Part shown: positions 58,430-64,000 of the stretch, piece after piece
How positions within the stretch are numbered: the stretch's first letter is position 1
How the letters are laid out: each line of letters starts with the position of its first letter
Origin: Prorocentrum cordatum
Lineage: Eukaryota
NCBI GenBank assembly: GCA_963575745.1
Contig: CAUYUJ010000324.1
Location: 1 to 64,000, forward strand
Direction: 5' to 3'
Length of the DNA: 64,000 nucleotides
Notes under the pieces: generated by a model
Databases searched by the model: none
Told to the model about the DNA's origin: nothing
The model's input: only the letters and a program-made list of their open reading frames with translations
Made by a program: the position numbers and the translations under genes

Positions 58430-60470
58430 TCCATATGAATATCTTTCCCCTGTCGCACCCGGAGGCTGGTCGCAAGGGCCGGCCGGGCGTTTCGCTTGAG
58501 ACGTCCTCCTCATTTTTGATCACAGATATTTTGTTGCAACGCTTTCATGGAGGGAAAACGGGTGGTTTCCAAACTGTGGCTCTCGCTTCAGAGCCGCGCG
58601 CGTTCGTTGTAAACATTTGCAACAGCTTCCCGGATGGAAGGCGGGCCGTTTTCAACATGCGGGTATAGCCTTAGACCGCCCACATTCGTTTTTAAATATT
58701 GCAATTTCTTCAGAATGGTAGAGGGCGGCTCCTTTTCAACATGTGGCTCTCGCCCCAGCGCCGCGCACATTCGCTTAAGAGTTCGCACCAGTTCCAATGA
58801 TTCTCATGGGTAAGATCCCCAAGCTGCGTTTTCGCACGATGTCGGACTATCAGGACGCAACAGTTCCGTCGATGTTGTGTCGAAGTCCCAAAAAGGTTGT
58901 TCTGGCACGATTTAATATCGTCAAGACGCAACAGTAACGGTGATTCGCGGCGTTGAGCTCCCACACGGGTGCCCTGGCACTGTTCGAAATTATGTGGTAG
59001 TGTGTCTTCACACGGTGCACTTTCCTCGGTGAGTACGCGTGTTTGAAAGGGCCTATGAAAAAAAATGAACTTGGAGGGAGGGTTTCCTGCAATATTGATG
59101 ATGGGCCTTGGGCTTGCACTGGTCTTCATCTTCATTCCTTTTTCTTACACAAGAGTTCTCCCTGTCGCGCCCCGAGGCCAGTTTTAAGGGCGGGCCGGGC
59201 GTTTCGCCTGAGACTTCCTCCCCACGTATGACTCCGAAACTGAAAACTGGCAACAAATTCACACATGGAGGGTGGGTGGTTTTCAAATGTGGTTTTCGTT
59301 TTAGCGCGGCGCACATTGGTTTGAACAATTTGCAGTAGTTTCAAGGATTGAAGGCGGGTCGTTTTCAAAATGTGGCTCTCGCCCTAGCGCCGCGCACTTT
59401 CGTTTTAAGAATTTGCAAGAACTTCACGGGTTGAGGGCGGGTGGTTTTCAAAATGTGGCTCTCGCCTCAGCGCGACGCACATTCGTTTGAAAGAACTGCA
59501 AAGGCTTCAAAGATTGAGGGCGGGTCCTTTTCAAAATGTGGTTCTCGCCTTAGCGCCGCGCACATTCGTTTTAAAAGAATGCCAGAATTTCGCCGATTGA
59601 AGGCGGGTGGTTTTCAAAATGTGGTTCTCGCCAGAGCGCGGCGCACATTTTTTCTCAAATTTCTGCAAAAGTTCACGGGCTCCCAGCATCAACGTACCAG
59701 GCATGCTGTTTTGGACGGATTCGGGATTTTGCGGGTGCAACAATTACGTTGGTTCTCTGTGTTGAAATCCTAACAATGGCGGCGTGGCGCGATTCAAGAT
59801 CGTCTAGTCAGGTCGATCCGTGGCGTTGAATTCCCGGAAACACTATTTTCGCATGCTCCAGGGTTTTCAAATGGGTGTCTTCCAACGAAGCAGCTCCATC
59901 AATGGCAACGAACCGCTGTATAGGGGCCTATGAAGAGGGAGCTTCAAAGGGGGGGTACTCCAACATCGTTGATGACTCTTGGGTTTACACTAGTCCTCCT
60001 CCTCCTCCTCCTCCTCCTCCTCCTCCTCTCCCTCCTCCTCCCTCCACCTACACAACTCCTCCCGGCCAGACGTGTCGTTAGCGCGGGCGGATCGCTGCCT
60101 GACAGTTTCTCACCGCATGCGAAATCGAACATTTCGATTTCCATTAGGTACACGGAGTGGAATATATGTCGTTTTCAAAATGGTGCTGTCGCCTCGGCGC
60201 CGCGCGCACTCGCGTCAACAACAAAACAGCTACACTGATGGAGCGCAGGTCGTTGTCAAACTGGGACTCTCGCCCTAGCGCCGCGCGCACTCGTTTCCAA
60301 GAAAGACCAGCTATACGGATGGAAGGCAAGTCGGTTTCAACATGTGCCACTCGTAATGGCGCCGCGCACACTGCCTTTGAACAAAATGAAGCCGACACAA
60401 GGATTGCGGGGGACGTCTTCAAAGTGGTGTCCTCGCCTCAGCGCCACACGCATTCGTCTTTAAAGCTGGT
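58430..60470. repeat. Degenerate tandem repeat family of about 80 bp inside a larger duplicated module
   Basis: Recurring gggcgggtggttttcaaaatgtggctctcgcctcagcgccgcgcacattcgttt (about 58560, 58720, 59270-59660, 60170-60460); 58430-59000 resembles 59150-59850. Confidence 0.8.
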
Positions 60471-61559
60471 TTTGACCGTCACGCTGGTACAGTGCGCTTC
60501 GGTTTCCAAACATGGTGCGGCTTGCATTCCCACACTGTACAACCCGAAGAACCAAGTTGCGCAAACGCTGTGCACAGATGGACGGCGGCACCCTCAAGCC
60601 TGTATGCCACGACCTCGGACGTCTGCGCAACGCTTGCACGGACGGACAGACCAGTTCCGAAACAGAACTACTGAAGGACACTTCCTGGAACTGTGTGATC
60701 CTACCTCTGTGCACGTCTCATGGCTGGAAGGCGGGTCGTTTACATAACGGGGGCCCGCCTGAATGGGGGCGCTGGTCTGTCAAGGGGGGGGGGGCGTCCG
60801 AAGGTGAGCGTGTAGTGCAGCATCGCTGATGCATTTTAGATGTATTGTGGCCCTCTTCTCCCGCCTCCTCCTCCTGCTCGTCCTGCTCCTCCTCCCGTGT
60901 CCTCCTTTCCTGGCTTCCTCTTTCCTTCTCTCCCTCCTCTTCCTCCCTCCTCTTTATTCCTCCTACTCCTGCTTCTCCTCCTCCCCCTTGTCCTTATTCT
61001 GTATCCGCCACCGCGCCTTATGCACAGTAGGGCGTGGAATACTGCCAAGGTATGGCTGGTAAGGTCCCTGTGTTCGAACACCCCCCCCTCCTCTCTGGGC
61101 TGCACCCCCACGCGTGCATCGACCACCCCACCTCTCAAGGCCACGATCCATCGTACAAGCCTATGGATCTGCGCTCCCGGGGCAACGTTCCCTCGTTAAA
61201 GCTATGGATGTGCGCACAGCGCCTCCAAGGCGGCCAGGCAGGCAACCAACGACACAAAAATGATGGCCCAATATGCCTCGCAGACGGCCCAATATAGCCC
61301 CACGGCGGACCAATATGGCCTCAAGGCGGCCAAGGATGCCCCCCAGAGGGCCACAAAGGATATAAGCGGATCTCCAACACATTCAGACAAACGAAAAATC
61401 AATGATGCCGCGTCGACTGTTGAAATAATTTCGCATTCCCGCTGCTTCTGTTTCCTGGCTTCCGTCAGCTCAAGACGGCCTAAAGAGCCTCAACGATGGC
61501 CCCAAGGCGGCCCGAGAGGTCTCCTCCTGCTCCCCCATTCCTCCCCCTCGTCCGCATAA

Positions 61560-61880
61560 ACATTACCACCACCACCACCACAAGCATCAACATCCTCATA
61601 TTCATCTTTAACTGCATCATCAACATCACCACCATCATCATCACCACCAAGAGCACCATCCTCAGCTTCCTCCTCCGCATCATTGTCATCAACAGCATCA
61701 TCACCAACATCCGCATGAACATCATAATCAACATCAACATCATCAACATACGCATCATCATCCTCAATACCATCATCATCAACACCTTCATCACCATCAT
61801 CATGCTCGTCGTCATCCTCGGTGTCACCGTCTTCATTCCCAACAGCATCATCATCATCAGCAGCATCATCATCATCATCG

Positions 61881-61912
<32 letters not shown>

Positions 61913-62320
61913 GCAGTCATCATGACCAGCATCACCATCACTATTCTTATATCATCACAACCATCATCATTGACATACCAGGTATCATTAGCAGCATGAT
62001 CATCATCACCACCCTCACCCTCACCATCACCATGACCATCATCATCACCATCGACACCACCATGATCATCAAAACCATGGCCATCATCAACATCGTCATC
62101 GCCATCATTACAATCGTTTTCATCAGCACCAGCATCACCATCGACATCAGCATCGTCATGCCACACTATACCACCATAGCAACACCACCACCAACATCAT
62201 AATCATCATTATTATTCGTATTATCATTATTCTCACTATCATCATCACAAGCATCAGAATCACCATCATCACCATCATCATCATCACCATCGCCATCGCC
62301 ATCACCAACATCATCACTAC

Positions 62321-62352
<32 letters not shown>

Positions 62353-62363
62353 GCATCATCATG

Positions 62364-62411
<48 letters not shown>

Positions 62412-62434
62412 GTCATCATCATCATCATCATCCC

Positions 62435-62503
<69 letters not shown>

Positions 62504-62515
62504 ACTCATCATCAC
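61560..62515. repeat. (CAT)n microsatellite block
   Basis: Read directly. Confidence 0.97.
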
Positions 62516-64000
62516 TGCTCCCCCAACACCGGAGACACGAGGTGTCACACGTGATGGCCTCCCGTGCCCTCTCGAAGAATCGCCACCCAGAAAGCTGGGC
62601 TGGCACGGTGGCGGGACTTCCCACGGGTAGCTGCATCAGTCTATACTCCTACTCTGCCCCACAGCCGGCCGATAGCCACCAAATCGGGGACCCCCCGCCC
62701 GAAATGAATTCAAAATCGACTATGTACGTCTCGACATGGACATTCTGTCGCCCATGTTGCAAAACGTGCAGCAAGAACGGGACGGGGCGCACATCCCGCG
62801 GGAAAGGCCGAAATGTCGTTCTCGCCCCGGCGCTGTGCTCCTTTTTCGGAAAAAGAAAGCTCCCTCCTTAGGCGCGGCACACATTTTACTTCGTCGACGC
62901 GCGAGCGGACTTGTGAGTGAAAGTGGCAGTGCTGTGTCAACGTGGCACGTGCTTCGTTTTCACCGCGGTCATCGGGAGCTCTGCCGCTCCCGCCCCTGAG
63001 CGGCCCGCGTAGTTTCCGCTTCGCCAAGTCGTTGGAAGCGGGAACGCGCGCGAGCGCCCTTCGTTTGCGAGGTGGAACGCAGTCCAAAATCCAAATGTCA
63101 AGGTGTGCCGCAACTTGTTCGTATGTTGTGGGGGGGAGAATGGGAATAGGCAGGGCTCTTTCACTCGCTCGACCTGGCTAACCAAATTATTTGTGTTTTC
63201 CTCCTCCTCCCCCTCCTCCTCCTCCTCCCCCTCCTCCTCCTCCTCCCTGTTCTTTCCTTTCTTCTCCTCCTCCTCCTTCCCTTCCCATCTTTCCATCCCT
63301 ATTCATTCCTGCATCCCAGGAATCAGCGGATCGAGGACGGCGGAGCAGGACGAGTAAGACGGAGGAGTGGCGGAGGAACAGCAGGAGAAGAGGTGAAGAA
63401 ACAGCAGCAGCAGGAGGAGCGGCGGGGAGGAGAAGGAGCGGCGAGAAGGAGGGAACGTATGACGGCACGGAGAAGAAAGAGAGCAAGGGGGGGCGCGCCA
63501 CGGGCATAGGGCCGCGCGACCCAGCAGACCCTCTCCCAGACAGCGACCGAACTTAAGAATATCTACGTGGTCGCCCGCGGGCCATCGGCCGTCGGCGATA
63601 TTCAGCGGTATGTGTGTGGCAGTTTTCGGCAGGCTCTGGCGGTCTTCTGCCTTGGCGTGGGGGTGCCCCCCTGCACCCCCTGCCAGTCTGGCTGAGTGGT
63701 TGTGCTTGGCAAGGGGTCCATCGTGATCGAACACCGACGTATCTTACACGCGGGCGATGGCAAGGAAGAGGAGACGGATGGTCAACTGGTGATTGATCTG
63801 GAAAAATTGCTGTGGTGTGGCCTGGGTTGGTCTTTAGTACTCACTCCGGCTTCAACTTTGGCATAAGATGCATTTGCAAGATTTGTTGAATATGTTTATG
63901 ACTCGATGTGAATATTGGCTGGTCTTTGACGAAACACTCCAACAAGACACCACGATGAGACGCCACGGCGGGACGCGACAACGGAACACCATGACGGGAC

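Overview
This is eukaryotic, GC-rich, repeat-saturated DNA that is most likely dinoflagellate. That call is an inference from two relic spliced-leader (DinoSL) copies, a GA-AG intron and dinoflagellate-type copia gag motifs; the GC content and repeat style suggest a Prorocentrum-like genome. I found no prokaryotic operons, rRNA, tRNA or CRISPR arrays, and most ORF-track entries are artefacts of microsatellites or GC-rich antisense frames. The real content is: (1) a decayed Ty1/copia element (gag-protease-integrase, minus strand, 1-4920); (2) a 90-bp minisatellite-bearing insertion whose empty site is visible in a second copy of its host repeat at about 53.2 kb; (3) small minus-strand exons of a probable host gene (11402-11464, 11857-11948, probably 27025-27126); (4) a tandemly duplicated, decayed LINE whose ORF1-endonuclease half is inverted head-to-head against its RT half, with a relic DinoSL at the junction; (5) a roughly 9-kb uninterrupted plus-strand block encoding a non-LTR RT, CCHC knuckle, SET-like module and RNase H, followed by a long Zn-finger / Upf1-like SF1B helicase / Cys-rich ORF; (6) two head-to-tail Helentron/Helitron2-like units with asymmetric inverted repeats, one carrying an EEP-family nuclease gene, inserted into a GGGTC/CCCTAAC satellite; (7) a second copia gag fragment with a PBS; and (8) many micro- and minisatellites, MITE-like hairpins and a 100-N gap. 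All calls come from reading motifs by eye, and element boundaries are approximate unless a junction is quoted.
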